64,000 nucleotides of DNA from SAR202 cluster bacterium (GCA_009392295.1 VFGW01000017.1:59933-123932); one strand, 5' to 3'; counted from the first letter of the stretch, positions 39,820 through 50,004 are shown. Notes: generated by a model from the sequence alone, not told the origin. Made by a program: numbers and translations.

Positions 39820-40680
39820 TTATTTTCCTGTAGTATTAGTAAGAGTTCCTACACCTTCTACAGTACCTTCGATTACATCACCTGGATTCAAGTAAATTTC
39901 ATCATCAGTAGCACCTGCGGCAACTCCAGTGGCTATTAAGTCACCAGGTACCAAAGTACACAGATTAGATATATACTCGATTTGGCTTTCAATGTTATGA
40001 ATCATAAGCTTAGTAGTAGAAACTAATCTTTCTTCCCCATTAACCTTTGTAGTTAATTTTAAATCTGTAGGGTCCTTCAAGTCCTCTGCAGGTATAATCC
40101 AAGGTCCTACAGCGCAGTAGCCATCAAGCCATTTACCATTTAACCAATCAAACCATCCACTCCTGGCTGGGTTTTTTCTGTTAGGAGAAAAGTCTAAATC
40201 TCTTCCAGAAACATCATTAACCACAGTGTATCCAAAAATATGATCGAAGGCATTTTCTTTCTTAATATTTTTACCTGGTTTTCCAATTATTACACCAAGC
40301 TCGATTTCTTCAACTTGGTTGACTACTAACGAATTATCTGGAATTATGTCCCCATCTGCAATTAAAGCAGTTGAAGGCTTGATGAAAAACTCAGGCTCTT
40401 CAATGTTTAAATCTTTGTCTAAAGTGCCACCTACTGGAGTATAGTTTGCAGCCAGTAACAATAATTTTTTAGATCCATCAATGGGAGAGAGTAGTCTTAC
40501 ATCTCCTAAGGAATGGTGAGTCATTGATGCATTTTTTAGCTGGTTTAACCCACTTTTATCAAGTAATGGAATTGTTTCCAAATTTCCTGATGACCCAGGA
40601 ACTTCAGATATTGTTTCTCCATCTAAGATTCCAACGGCAGGCCCAGTTGAATTATTAGCGATATATCTAACTAGTTTCAT
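39820..40680 (-). CDS. FAH family protein, adjacent paralog
   Basis: 286 aa with EIELGVIIGK, IFGYTVVNDVSGRD and GDLIATG. Confidence 0.8.
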   Translation of the reverse strand: MKLVRYIANNSTGPAVGILDGETISEVPGSSGNLETIPLLDKSGLNQLKNASMTHHSLGDVRLLSPIDGSKKLLLLAANYTPVGGTLDKDLNIEEPEFFIKPSTALIADGDIIPDNSLVVNQVEEIELGVIIGKPGKNIKKENAFDHIFGYTVVNDVSGRDLDFSPNRKNPARSGWFDWLNGKWLDGYCAVGPWIIPAEDLKDPTDLKLTTKVNGEERLVSTTKLMIHNIESQIEYISNLCTLVPGDLIATGVAAGATDDEIYLNPGDVIEGTVEGVGTLTNTTGK

Positions 40681-40869
40681 TGATTTCTCCTTGAACGTTT
40701 AATTTGTTTGAAAATCATTATAGATGTTTTTTTTAATGGGATAAAGTTGTTTTTGATTTTAACATAAGAATTTTATTGGATTAATGTAAAGTCATTGAAC
40801 TTCATTGTTGTAATTCGATGCAATAAATATGTAGTATTTGTAAAAAATTGAAAATCTTGGAGTTTGGAA

Positions 40870-41961
40870 ATGAAATATACAGCAGCCGTTATAGGGTTAG
40901 GAAGAATGGGGAGCACCTTTGATGATGAAATTGATAAGGCCCATGGCCCTGGCGGAGATAGACGTGGAACATCTATTATTTTGCCTTATTGTCATGGGCC
41001 TAGCTATTTTGCATCCGATAAGATTGCCCTTGTTGCTGGCGCAGACCCGGATCCTGAAAAGCGTGAAAAATTTGGTAATCGCTGGGAAATAGAAGCTAAA
41101 AATTTATTTGAATCGCATCAAGAATTATTGAAAGTTATTAATCCTGACATATTGAGCGTTTGTACAACGGCTAAAATTAGAAGCAAAATTGTTATTGACG
41201 CAGCCCGTTCTGGAGTGAAAGCAATTTGGGCAGAAAAACCAATTTCAACAACCCTTAAAGAAGCTGATGAAATGATAGAAATTTGTGAACAAAATAATGT
41301 TGTGTTTGCAGTGAATTGTGCCAGAAGATGGAACCCATATTATTATCAGGTAAAAACAATGATTGATGAAGGGGTTTTTGGAAAGATTTTACAAATTACA
41401 GGCTATGGGTCTGCTTATGCTTCTCACAATGGGAGTCATTTAATTGACACTATGAGATTTTTAGGAGGCGGAGGTGTTTCTTGGGTTTTTGGAGAAGTTG
41501 AAAATGAAAGTCTTGATGGGGATAAAGATTTTCGTGCTAACGGCTATCTTGCTTTTAAAAATGGTGCGAGAGGCTATTTAAGGTCTATGGATTGTGGCGT
41601 AGGTAACTGGAACATTGAAGTTATAGGAGAGAAAGCGCGATTTTTATCATCTGGAGATACTGCAGTATTAGAATTTGAAAAAGTTGGGAAACAAATTTCG
41701 GGAGATTTCACAGATAATGTCAAAATTCCATTCCCCAAGCCTGCAAGATTTCAGGGTATGGGATTGACTATAATTGATGATTTAATTCATGGAATTGAAA
41801 CCGGCTCTACGCCTAGATGTTCAGGTAAAGATGGTTTGGCTGGATTGGAGATAGCTATTGCTTTGAGGGAGTCGCATTTGTCAGGTAACAAAAAGATTAT
41901 GTTGCCTATTAAAAATAGAAATTTAGGTGTTATTTCGTATGAATCTGAAGGCGGTAGATAG
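40870..41961 (+). CDS. Gfo/Idh/MocA-family oxidoreductase
   Basis: AVIGLGRMG and the IWAEKPISTTLKEADE motif. ATG 40870 has GGAG 7 nt upstream; the track start is TTG 40864. Confidence 0.75.
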   Translation: MKYTAAVIGLGRMGSTFDDEIDKAHGPGGDRRGTSIILPYCHGPSYFASDKIALVAGADPDPEKREKFGNRWEIEAKNLFESHQELLKVINPDILSVCTTAKIRSKIVIDAARSGVKAIWAEKPISTTLKEADEMIEICEQNNVVFAVNCARRWNPYYYQVKTMIDEGVFGKILQITGYGSAYASHNGSHLIDTMRFLGGGGVSWVFGEVENESLDGDKDFRANGYLAFKNGARGYLRSMDCGVGNWNIEVIGEKARFLSSGDTAVLEFEKVGKQISGDFTDNVKIPFPKPARFQGMGLTIIDDLIHGIETGSTPRCSGKDGLAGLEIAIALRESHLSGNKKIMLPIKNRNLGVISYESEGGR

Positions 41962-43032
41962 TTATTGAGTTTTCATATCATTAATATCAATATTAAAGTT
42001 TTTTGCTAATTTTGAAATTGCACCCCATGTTGCATCTTCAATTTCTACACCATGAGTAATTCGATGGCTTCTAGTATTAAATTCTATTTCACCTGGAAAA
42101 AGTATTTCATTTACTCCTTCCATTTTAGGTGTGTCTTTAACATAGTTTACGATGGCAGAAACTTCTTGGCTGAAATCGTCAATTGAAGAAATAGAGTTTA
42201 GATTGATTACTAGTATTGAGGATCCCACTTTATCTACAGTGGCTTTATTATCAGCAGAAGTAAGCCCTATACTTCCTAATACTGCGCCCATTAAAGATAC
42301 CATCATGGAAAGTCCAAAACCTTTGTGGCCGCCGATCGTACCACCTATGGGTAATATAGCGCCACCTTCATAATAGGCATTTGGATCATCTGTGGGGGTT
42401 CCATTTTTATCGATTACCCAATTGTCAGGTAATTTTTTATTTCTTGCTTTATAGACTCTGAGTTTGCCTTCGGCTGAAATTGAAGTTGCAAAGTCTATTA
42501 AAATAGGACAATTTTTTTTGTAAGGAAATGCCATTGACAGTGGGTTTGTTCCGAGTCTTCTTGCACTACCTCCAAATGGGGCAACATTATTTCCCACATT
42601 TCCTCCAACAAATCCAGTAAACATCATTCCTACCATTCCGGCATCTGCTACTATTTCTGTATATGTCCCAATTCTACCTGTATGTCCAAGGTTGCCCATT
42701 CCTATTACTGAGACTCCATGTTTTTTAGCTTTATCAATCGCTAATTGAGTAGAAAAGGACGCTACAACTTGTCCAAAAGAGTCGTTGCCATTCACTTGTA
42801 CTGTAGAACCATTATCAGAAGTTATTTCTGGAGAAGCTTTTGGATCTAGTCTACCTGTTTCAATATCATTAAAATATTGGGGAATTCTTATTAATCCATG
42901 AGAATCGTGCCCTACTAAGTTTGCATTAGATAGATGCCTTGCCACAATGTCTGCGTTATTTATTGTTGCGCCTTTTGCAGAAAGCATTGTTTTTGAAATT
43001 GAATAGATTTTTTCATGGTCTAAAATTGGCAT
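41962..43032 (-). CDS. Ldh_2-family (malate/L-lactate/sulfolactate dehydrogenase-type) oxidoreductase
   Basis: GHDSHGLIRIPQY motif and GGHKGFGLSMM. ATG 43032 follows AAGGA. Its stop abuts the stop of the previous gene. Confidence 0.8.
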   Translation of the reverse strand: MPILDHEKIYSISKTMLSAKGATINNADIVARHLSNANLVGHDSHGLIRIPQYFNDIETGRLDPKASPEITSDNGSTVQVNGNDSFGQVVASFSTQLAIDKAKKHGVSVIGMGNLGHTGRIGTYTEIVADAGMVGMMFTGFVGGNVGNNVAPFGGSARRLGTNPLSMAFPYKKNCPILIDFATSISAEGKLRVYKARNKKLPDNWVIDKNGTPTDDPNAYYEGGAILPIGGTIGGHKGFGLSMMVSLMGAVLGSIGLTSADNKATVDKVGSSILVINLNSISSIDDFSQEVSAIVNYVKDTPKMEGVNEILFPGEIEFNTRSHRITHGVEIEDATWGAISKLAKNFNIDINDMKTQ

Positions 43033-43069
43033 CAGCAATCCTTTTTTGTTTAATTAGTTGAAATTATTT

Positions 43070-43143
43070 TGGCTGCCCGGCCAGGATTTGAACCTGGACT
43101 GAAGGATTCAAAGTCCTTTGTGCTACCGTTACACCACCGGGCA
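43070..43143 (-). tRNA. tRNA-Gln (anticodon UUG), CCA encoded
   Basis: I folded it by hand. Acceptor UGCCCGG/CCGGGCA (U1-A72), D arm GUGU-AACGGUA-GCAC, anticodon arm AAGGA-CUUUGAA-UCCUU, variable CAGU, T arm CCAGG-UUCAAAU-CCUGG, discriminator G, then CCA. Total 74 nt. Confidence 0.85.
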
Positions 43144-43418
43144 TTATAAAATTAAAAACAAATAAAACTAATTATTAATTGTTTCTAATATGCTATCTGA
43201 AATCATTGATATTTTAAACGTTTTTATATTACAAATTGGATTAATTTTATGCTTAAGAGGAATATAAGAATGAAATTGTTACAGTCTAAGATTTGAATTT
43301 ATCCAAAAACGCACTAAAGTCAATATGGGTATATATTACTGACCGAATCACATATAATTGACATAGCTGTTCGTTTTCTAATATGTAAATATATATTTTA
43401 AATTAAGAGAGACCCACA

Positions 43419-44369
43419 ATGTCTGAAATATTAATTGTTAGTAAAATCGCAAAAAATATTCGAGAAAATATCCAGAAAATTATTGTTGGAAAAGATGACC
43501 AAATTAATACAGCAATCATAGCTATGTTATGCAGAGGGCATGTCTTAATTGATGATGTTCCCGGGACAGGGAAAACAAGTTTATCAAAGGCATTGGCAGA
43601 TTCTTTGGATTGTAGTTTTAATCGAGTTCAATTTACCCCAGATTTGATGCCTTCAGATATACTTGGAGTGAATATATTTGATCAAAAAAAATCGACTTTT
43701 AAATTTATTGAAGGACCTATATTTAGTCAGATTTTGTTGGCTGATGAGATTAACAGGGCGACACCTCGTACACAATCAGCAATGCTAGAAGCTATGCAAG
43801 AAAGAAGGGTAACGGTTGATGGCAATACCAGGGATTTACCGGATCCATTTATGGTCATTGCTACCCAAAATCCTATAGAAATGGAAGGTACTTTTCCTCT
43901 TCCAGAATCACAAATCGATCGTTTTATGGTGCGTATTCAGCTTGGATATCCTGGACATGATGAAGAAACACAAATTTATCGAAGATTTATGAATGAGTCT
44001 GAAGTTCCTGATTTAAAGCCTGTTTTTGATTCAAAAGAAATTAATAAAGCTGTTAATTTGATACCAACTGTTAGGGTTGATGATTTTATAGTTAAGTATA
44101 TAGTGGATTTGATTCATGTTACTAGGCAAGGTTCAGGCATTAAAGTTGGAGGTAGCCCTAGAGCTGGACTTGCATTATATAAAACATCTCAAGCATTAGC
44201 TGCATTGGAAGGAAGAGATTATGTTATTCCTGATGATGTAAAAAAAATGGCAGTACCTGTTTTGTCACATAGGTTGGTATTAGACTCTTCTGCTAAGTTA
44301 AAAGGTCAAACTGGAGAAAATTTTGTTGAAATTGTTTTGTCTAAATTAGAAGTTCCTATCTCTAAATGA
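43419..44369 (+). CDS. MoxR-family AAA+ ATPase
   Basis: Walker A DVPGTGKT, Walker B LLADEINRA, and the characteristic QFTPDLMPSDILG and VIATQNP segments. Confidence 0.9.
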   Translation: MSEILIVSKIAKNIRENIQKIIVGKDDQINTAIIAMLCRGHVLIDDVPGTGKTSLSKALADSLDCSFNRVQFTPDLMPSDILGVNIFDQKKSTFKFIEGPIFSQILLADEINRATPRTQSAMLEAMQERRVTVDGNTRDLPDPFMVIATQNPIEMEGTFPLPESQIDRFMVRIQLGYPGHDEETQIYRRFMNESEVPDLKPVFDSKEINKAVNLIPTVRVDDFIVKYIVDLIHVTRQGSGIKVGGSPRAGLALYKTSQALAALEGRDYVIPDDVKKMAVPVLSHRLVLDSSAKLKGQTGENFVEIVLSKLEVPISK

Positions 44370-45646
44370 AATACGATCAGGATTATACACAACAGGTAAA
44401 AAATAAATCTTCAGTTCCTGTTTCTGGGCTACTAATTACTAATCAATGGTTAGAAGTATTATTTGTTGCGTTTTTGGCAGTTTTGATTAGTGGGATTTTT
44501 GCTGGTAATGGTGGAGTAATAGCTTTTGGAATTATGGGAATTACAGCAGGATTACTATCTTATTTATTTAGCAGAGTAGCGCTCAATCAAGTTTTTTATC
44601 AGAAAAAATTTAATGGAAACAGATTTTTTGTAGATGAACTTGTTGAAATGCAAGTTGAGATTACAAATAAAAAACCAATTCCTGTGCCTTGGATTCGAAT
44701 GCAAGATGAAATGTCTGAATCTTTTGAGGTGGTAAACCAAGATGTTACAAATTTCATTTTCAATTCTTATACAAAAACACAGATTTTGAGACATTTTGCT
44801 TCTATGCGTTGGTATGAAAGAATTCGATGGAAATATGAATTAAAGTGCACCAGGAGGGGTGTATTTAAAATAGGTCCTAGTAAAATTGAAAGCACAGAGC
44901 CTTTTGGAATGTTTGGTTCTCAAATCAACGAGGATTCTTTTGATGAAATTATTGTTTATCCTAAAATAGTACCTCTTGATGAATTGATTTTACCTCCCTT
45001 AAAGCCGTTTGGAGAGAGTTCTGGAGGAATGGAATTAATACAAGATTTTTCTGGACCTAGAGGGTTACGAGAATATTCTTCTGGAGATAAATTAAGTACT
45101 ATAAATTGGAAATCTTCAGCTAAATTACAAAAATTGCATGTCAATTTATATGATCCAAGTTCTTCGCATACTATTATTGTAGCTGTTGCAGTTGATTCTT
45201 TAGAAACTTATTGGGCTCCCGGAGATACAGAAATTATTGAAAACATAATGTCTATGGCTGCCTCAATATCTCACCATGCCCTTTCTAACAATTACACGGT
45301 AGGTTTAGTGTCTAATGATATGCAGACTCGAGAATCAAAGGCGTTTATTGTTTCTCCAGGAAGGGGGGAATATCAATTAACAAAGATTCTTGAGTCTTTG
45401 GCAAGTATTAATACGTTAGCTTACGCACCTATGGCAGAGCATCTTGTAGAAGTTTCTAGAAGTTTTCCTATTGGTTCAACAATTACTATATGTATTTCTT
45501 ATGTTAGTGATGATTTATTGAATTCCATTAAATATTTATTGAACAAAGGCTGCCTAGTTGTTGTTTTATATTTAGGAGAAGGTGATTTGCCTAATTTTGG
45601 GCCAGATATATACGTATATGATTTTAGAAAGAAAATGAAAAAATAA
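44366..45646 (+). CDS. DUF58 (vWA-like) protein with N-terminal TM segments
   Basis: GLREYSSGDKLSTINWKSSAK matches the DUF58 signature region. ATGA overlap with moxR. Confidence 0.7.
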   Translation: MKYDQDYTQQVKNKSSVPVSGLLITNQWLEVLFVAFLAVLISGIFAGNGGVIAFGIMGITAGLLSYLFSRVALNQVFYQKKFNGNRFFVDELVEMQVEITNKKPIPVPWIRMQDEMSESFEVVNQDVTNFIFNSYTKTQILRHFASMRWYERIRWKYELKCTRRGVFKIGPSKIESTEPFGMFGSQINEDSFDEIIVYPKIVPLDELILPPLKPFGESSGGMELIQDFSGPRGLREYSSGDKLSTINWKSSAKLQKLHVNLYDPSSSHTIIVAVAVDSLETYWAPGDTEIIENIMSMAASISHHALSNNYTVGLVSNDMQTRESKAFIVSPGRGEYQLTKILESLASINTLAYAPMAEHLVEVSRSFPIGSTITICISYVSDDLLNSIKYLLNKGCLVVVLYLGEGDLPNFGPDIYVYDFRKKMKK

Positions 45647-47070
45647 TGAATTTCAAATTAAATCTTAATAAGATTAAATGGATTTCAGTTGCCCATGTGA
45701 TATCTGAAAGTTCATGGATGTTTGCCATAATGTTGATGGTTGGTGTCGCTTTTGGTAAAACTATTCCTTCTCAACAGCCAATTATTACTTGGTTTGGTGT
45801 TTTATTCTTGATGGCGGTTGGCGCATATTTGGGGCATTATGATTTCTTTGGGCTGAAAATACGTTTTCGTTCTTTGATCACGTTGTTAATGATTTATTTT
45901 ATTGTGGCTTTGACTCCAGCTCCTAATCATAGTTTTGAAATTCTTTGGCCAAATTTAATTTTCTCTAACGATAGTACAACTGGATATAAGTTTCGCTTAA
46001 TATTATCTATTTTCTTTAGTGCTCTTTTATGGTTGCGTAGTACTAGGATAGGTTCTATAGATTCTCCTGACCAAGGAATGTCAACTAGTTTTAAAATCGG
46101 AGTTTTAATTCTTAGTTTAGCGATAGTTGTAGATTTATTTAGCGCAAAGAGTTTAGGCACATTTATTTTGTCTATTATCTTTTTTGCTTCAGGTTTATTT
46201 GGTCTTGGATTTGCCAATATTGATGTTAATGATTACCAAAATGAAGACAATAATAATATAAACCCAATCACTGTGACTGTTGGAGTTTTAGTTATAATGA
46301 TTTCTTTTGTGGGGATTATTTCGACGTTTTTTCAAGGTGATATTGCTAACTATGTTTCTTTATTGATTTTTGCTTTTTACCAAGCATTTGTGTTTGCTTT
46401 TATTTGGGGATTTGTTGTTCCAATTGCGTGGCTATATGGTTTTATAGTCAATTTAATTAGACAATTATTTATGGGTTCAGGTTCTGGTGTACAGACTAGA
46501 GATGCCCCGCCTATGAATTTTTCTGAAGAAGCTATTGAGTCTATTCAAAACATTCAAAATGAAGGTGGAGTTAATCCAATTTTCTCAATAATTTTGTGGA
46601 CATTATTTACTATAGTTCTGTTGTTTATATTGTATTTGAGTATTAGGTATTTGATTAGACCTAAAAGTAAAAAAATAATTCAATCAGTTGGAGAGAGAGA
46701 GTCTTTAGTTGAAGATGCAAATGTTTTAGGAGATTTTAGAGATTTATTTTCAAGTTTGATACCTGGGATAGGAGGAAGAAGGAAAAAATCTTTATATAGT
46801 ACAGATGAAAAATCTAAAGGGATTATTGAGGTTATTATGCTTTATTATAAATTTTTAGAATTTGCAGAAACTAGGGGTGTTCACAAAAAACCATATCAAA
46901 CTACCCTTGAATTTCGAACATCTCTACAATCTGTTTTCAACAGTCATTTTGTGAAAGAAATTACGGATAGTTTTAATGATGCTTTTTATGGTTCAAAGTC
47001 TTTTGATATTGACACTATTCTGAAACTTGAAAATCAATTTGATCAAATACGTTTTGGAAAAACCAGGTAA
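45646..47070 (+). CDS. polytopic membrane protein with DUF4129-like C-terminal domain
   Basis: Third gene of the usual MoxR-DUF58 triad. Many TM segments and a C-terminal soluble region (PYQTTLEFRTSLQ...) that resembles DUF4129. I see no obvious transglutaminase Cys-His-Asp core. TAATG overlap with the previous gene. Confidence 0.5.
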   Translation: MNFKLNLNKIKWISVAHVISESSWMFAIMLMVGVAFGKTIPSQQPIITWFGVLFLMAVGAYLGHYDFFGLKIRFRSLITLLMIYFIVALTPAPNHSFEILWPNLIFSNDSTTGYKFRLILSIFFSALLWLRSTRIGSIDSPDQGMSTSFKIGVLILSLAIVVDLFSAKSLGTFILSIIFFASGLFGLGFANIDVNDYQNEDNNNINPITVTVGVLVIMISFVGIISTFFQGDIANYVSLLIFAFYQAFVFAFIWGFVVPIAWLYGFIVNLIRQLFMGSGSGVQTRDAPPMNFSEEAIESIQNIQNEGGVNPIFSIILWTLFTIVLLFILYLSIRYLIRPKSKKIIQSVGERESLVEDANVLGDFRDLFSSLIPGIGGRRKKSLYSTDEKSKGIIEVIMLYYKFLEFAETRGVHKKPYQTTLEFRTSLQSVFNSHFVKEITDSFNDAFYGSKSFDIDTILKLENQFDQIRFGKTR

Positions 47071-47156
47071 TATTTATTCGGATTTTATTACGAATATATT
47101 TTTAGATTAATCAAGGTATATAAAATGTTGTATAGTCCTTGATGATGTGACAGAAT

Positions 47157-48080
47157 ATGCAAATGAGTATTGAAGAATTTATTTTAAATAATCCGATTCC
47201 TGAAATGAAAAATACTAGGGTGGTTGCAATTTTAAAGCCTTGGATTGATGTTGGGCGAGTTGGAAGTTTGACTCTTGAGAAATTAGAAAAACTTTTAGGT
47301 GCGCAGGAGTTTTCAAAATTTCGAAAACCAGGAAAGTATTTTGATTTTACGAGAATTCGTCCGTATACCAGACAAGAAAAAGGTAGTAAGGTTTTTGATA
47401 TTCCAAATTGTTTGATTAACCACGCTAAAGATTCAGAAAACGATATAGATTATTTATTTCTACATTTAATGGAACCTCATAACAATAGTGAAGAATTTTG
47501 TGAATCGATCGTTGATTTTCTCAAGATGTTGAAGGTTAAAGAGTATTGTAGGATAGGCGGTTTTTATGATTCAGTTCCACACTCTAGGCCGTTAATTGTT
47601 ACAGGTAGTTTGACAGATGAACAAATTCAAAAAACAAATGGATTAGTTTCTCAAAACACTTCTGAATATCAAGGACCAACTAGTATAGTAAATCTAGTTG
47701 CTCAAGAGTTAGAAAAAGTGAATGATATTGAAGTAACTAGTTTAATGGTTCATTTGCCCCAGTATGTTCAATTTGAACAAGATCATCTAGGAACATTTAG
47801 GTTGTGCCAAGTACTATGTAAGATGTTTGATTTGAAATATGATCTTTCAGATGAACATAAAGGTCAAGAACAATATAAATATATTGAACAACTTATAGAG
47901 AATAACCCAAATGCGAGTAAAGATATCATTACAAAATTAGAGAAACAATATGACGGAAAATATGATGAAGATCTTGATACAGACTTTACTATTAATGATT
48001 TGCCCCTACTTCCAGATATAGAAAAGTTTTTAAGAGAGGTTGGAAACCGCCTAGATGAAAATGCTTCCGAAGATAAATAA
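47157..48080 (+). CDS. PAC2 (proteasome-assembly-chaperone-like) family protein, putative
   Basis: The pattern VAILKPWIDVGRVGS...YFDFTRIRP...YDSVPHSRPLIVTGS...YQGPTSIVN...HLPQYV resembles PAC2-family proteins (from memory, no HMM run). Confidence 0.45.
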   Translation: MQMSIEEFILNNPIPEMKNTRVVAILKPWIDVGRVGSLTLEKLEKLLGAQEFSKFRKPGKYFDFTRIRPYTRQEKGSKVFDIPNCLINHAKDSENDIDYLFLHLMEPHNNSEEFCESIVDFLKMLKVKEYCRIGGFYDSVPHSRPLIVTGSLTDEQIQKTNGLVSQNTSEYQGPTSIVNLVAQELEKVNDIEVTSLMVHLPQYVQFEQDHLGTFRLCQVLCKMFDLKYDLSDEHKGQEQYKYIEQLIENNPNASKDIITKLEKQYDGKYDEDLDTDFTINDLPLLPDIEKFLREVGNRLDENASEDK

Positions 48081-48112
48081 TTATCTGCAGAAAGATATTA
48101 AAGGAGTAACCT

Positions 48113-49036
48113 TTGGGTAACTATGATAGCTCAAAATATATAGCATATTTTAACGGAGAATGGATTCCGTATTCCGAAGTGAGAATTGATCCTTTAGACA
48201 GGGGATTTTTTTTAGGAGATAGTGTTTTCGAGGTCGAAAGAACATTTAATGGCAAAAGTTTTAAGATGCGCGAACATATAGAACGTTTATATCGTTCTTT
48301 GTCGTTTGCAAGAATTGACTCAAAAATTGATGTTCAAGAAATGATTGATATTAGCGAAGAGGCTATAGATAAAAATTTACATTTACTAGAAGAGGTTGGA
48401 GATTTTTTAATTCATCAGTTTATTACAAGGGGATTTGGTAGGAGAGCTGCAGCTGCGGTAAATCCAACTGTGTGTGTGAGGATTAATCCAATAGATTTTG
48501 AACGATATCCTATAGAAAAATATTACTCTGGGGGGCATTGTGCTATTACAAGCATATTGAGCTATTCTAATGAATCTATTGACCCAAAGGTAAAAAATTA
48601 CAGTAGGATGAATTTTAATTTAGCCGAATTAGAAGCTAATGATATTGATGAAGGATCTTATCCTATTTTAAAAGATCAATTTGGAAATATTACTGAAGGA
48701 ATTGGTTATAATGTTTTTATTGTTACTGATGGTGTTTTAAGAACACCTTCAGATAAGTCTATTTTGCAAGGTGTGTCTAGATCTATGGTATTTGATTTGG
48801 CAGATCAGTTGAATATAAAAGTATTACAAGAAGATTTGCAACCATATGATGTTTATACGGCAGATGAGGTTTTTATGACATCTACTCCATTTTGTGTTTT
48901 GCCAATCACTGTAGTGGATAATCGGAAAATAAAAGATGGAAACCCTGGCCCGATTGCCAATCAACTTTTGGCAGCATGGAGTGAAGTTGTTGGTTTAGAT
49001 ATTGTAGATCAAGTAGCTAAATTTAGTCCAAAGTAA
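48113..49036 (+). CDS. class-IV aminotransferase (branched-chain or D-amino-acid type)
   Basis: FLGDSVFEVERTFNGKSFKMREHIERLYRS and the KVKNYSRMNFNLAELEA Lys region. TTG start 6 nt after AAGGAG (48101..48106). Confidence 0.75.
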   Translation: MGNYDSSKYIAYFNGEWIPYSEVRIDPLDRGFFLGDSVFEVERTFNGKSFKMREHIERLYRSLSFARIDSKIDVQEMIDISEEAIDKNLHLLEEVGDFLIHQFITRGFGRRAAAAVNPTVCVRINPIDFERYPIEKYYSGGHCAITSILSYSNESIDPKVKNYSRMNFNLAELEANDIDEGSYPILKDQFGNITEGIGYNVFIVTDGVLRTPSDKSILQGVSRSMVFDLADQLNIKVLQEDLQPYDVYTADEVFMTSTPFCVLPITVVDNRKIKDGNPGPIANQLLAAWSEVVGLDIVDQVAKFSPK

Positions 49037-49044
49037 ATTTGAAA

Positions 49045-49389
49045 TTAATTGTTTAGCTGTTTAAATAGATCGTCAGTTTTTGCAGCCATTATGAAGTCAT
49101 TTTTGTGTAATCCATTAATCTTGTGAGTCCACCAAAGAACTTCAATGTTGCCAAATTCCACGATAATTTTTGGATGATGACCTTCTTCTTCAGAAATTTC
49201 AAAAATTAAATTTGCAAAATTCATTGATTGTTTGAAATTTTTAGTCTTGAATTTTTTTGTTAAATATGTGGCTTGTTCACGTTGTACAGTCCATGTAGGG
49301 ATATTTACGATGAGTTCTTCTATTGATTTATCATCTAATGGCGGAATTCCTCCTTTGCAGGGAACACATTTTTCGAATTTAATATCCAT
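49045..49389 (-). CDS. pterin-4-alpha-carbinolamine dehydratase
   Basis: 114 aa with the EEGHHPKIIVEFGNIEVLWWTH signature (HHP...TH). Confidence 0.85.
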   Translation of the reverse strand: MDIKFEKCVPCKGGIPPLDDKSIEELIVNIPTWTVQREQATYLTKKFKTKNFKQSMNFANLIFEISEEEGHHPKIIVEFGNIEVLWWTHKINGLHKNDFIMAAKTDDLFKQLNN

Positions 49390-49391
49390 AA

Positions 49392-49820
49392 TTAAATGGG
49401 TTTTTTACCACAACTACCACAAAAAACGGCTTCTTCATCAGGTTGGCTTGTAGCGCCGCAATGATTGCAAACATTTGAATTAGATGATGGTCTAGTATGT
49501 AAATAAATGAGATAAATTACTGGAATTAGCAACAAAAAGAATCCTAGCCAAAGTAATTGCCACCATCCTGATTTGTTTATGTCGTGCAGCCGTCTTGCAC
49601 CAACAGCTAAACTAGGTAATAGCAAACCAAGGGTTACTAAGGTTGTAATTATTCCTGTAGAATCTGGTTCTGTTCCAAGTAAAATTCTATCAGCTATTGA
49701 TCCTACAGTGCTCATTAAAAAATTGAATAAAAAGAACCACCAATATTCAGATCTAGAAGCTCTGCCACTAAAGTCGGCATATTTTTTTAAGCACGTTTCA
49801 ACTGATTGCACAAATGACAT
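49392..49820 (-). CDS. DUF805-family membrane protein with C-terminal CxxC...CxxC zinc-ribbon
   Basis: GRASRSEYWWFFLFNFL is the DUF805 hallmark. The C-terminus is CNHCGATSQPDEEAVFCGSCG. Confidence 0.7.
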   Translation of the reverse strand: MSFVQSVETCLKKYADFSGRASRSEYWWFFLFNFLMSTVGSIADRILLGTEPDSTGIITTLVTLGLLLPSLAVGARRLHDINKSGWWQLLWLGFFLLLIPVIYLIYLHTRPSSNSNVCNHCGATSQPDEEAVFCGSCGKKPI

Positions 49821-50004
49821 ACTACAAACTCCTCAACATAGAATTGTTTTATTGAAGTATATACGGAGATAAAAAAGTTATCAATTTGGTTTAGGGTTTT
49901 AAATTTATAAAATTATTAAGGCTATGTTTAAGAAAATGTATCAAATATAATAATATTATGTAGATACTTTATAAAATTTTAAATCATTTTGGTTAGGTGA
50001 CAAG

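Noticed and set aside
43144-43418. tRNA-Gln as a possible integration hotspot with a genomic island downstream.
   Set aside because: I found no integrase, no direct repeat of the tRNA 3' end and no compositional shift. The neighbouring genes are ordinary MoxR-module and dehydrogenase genes.
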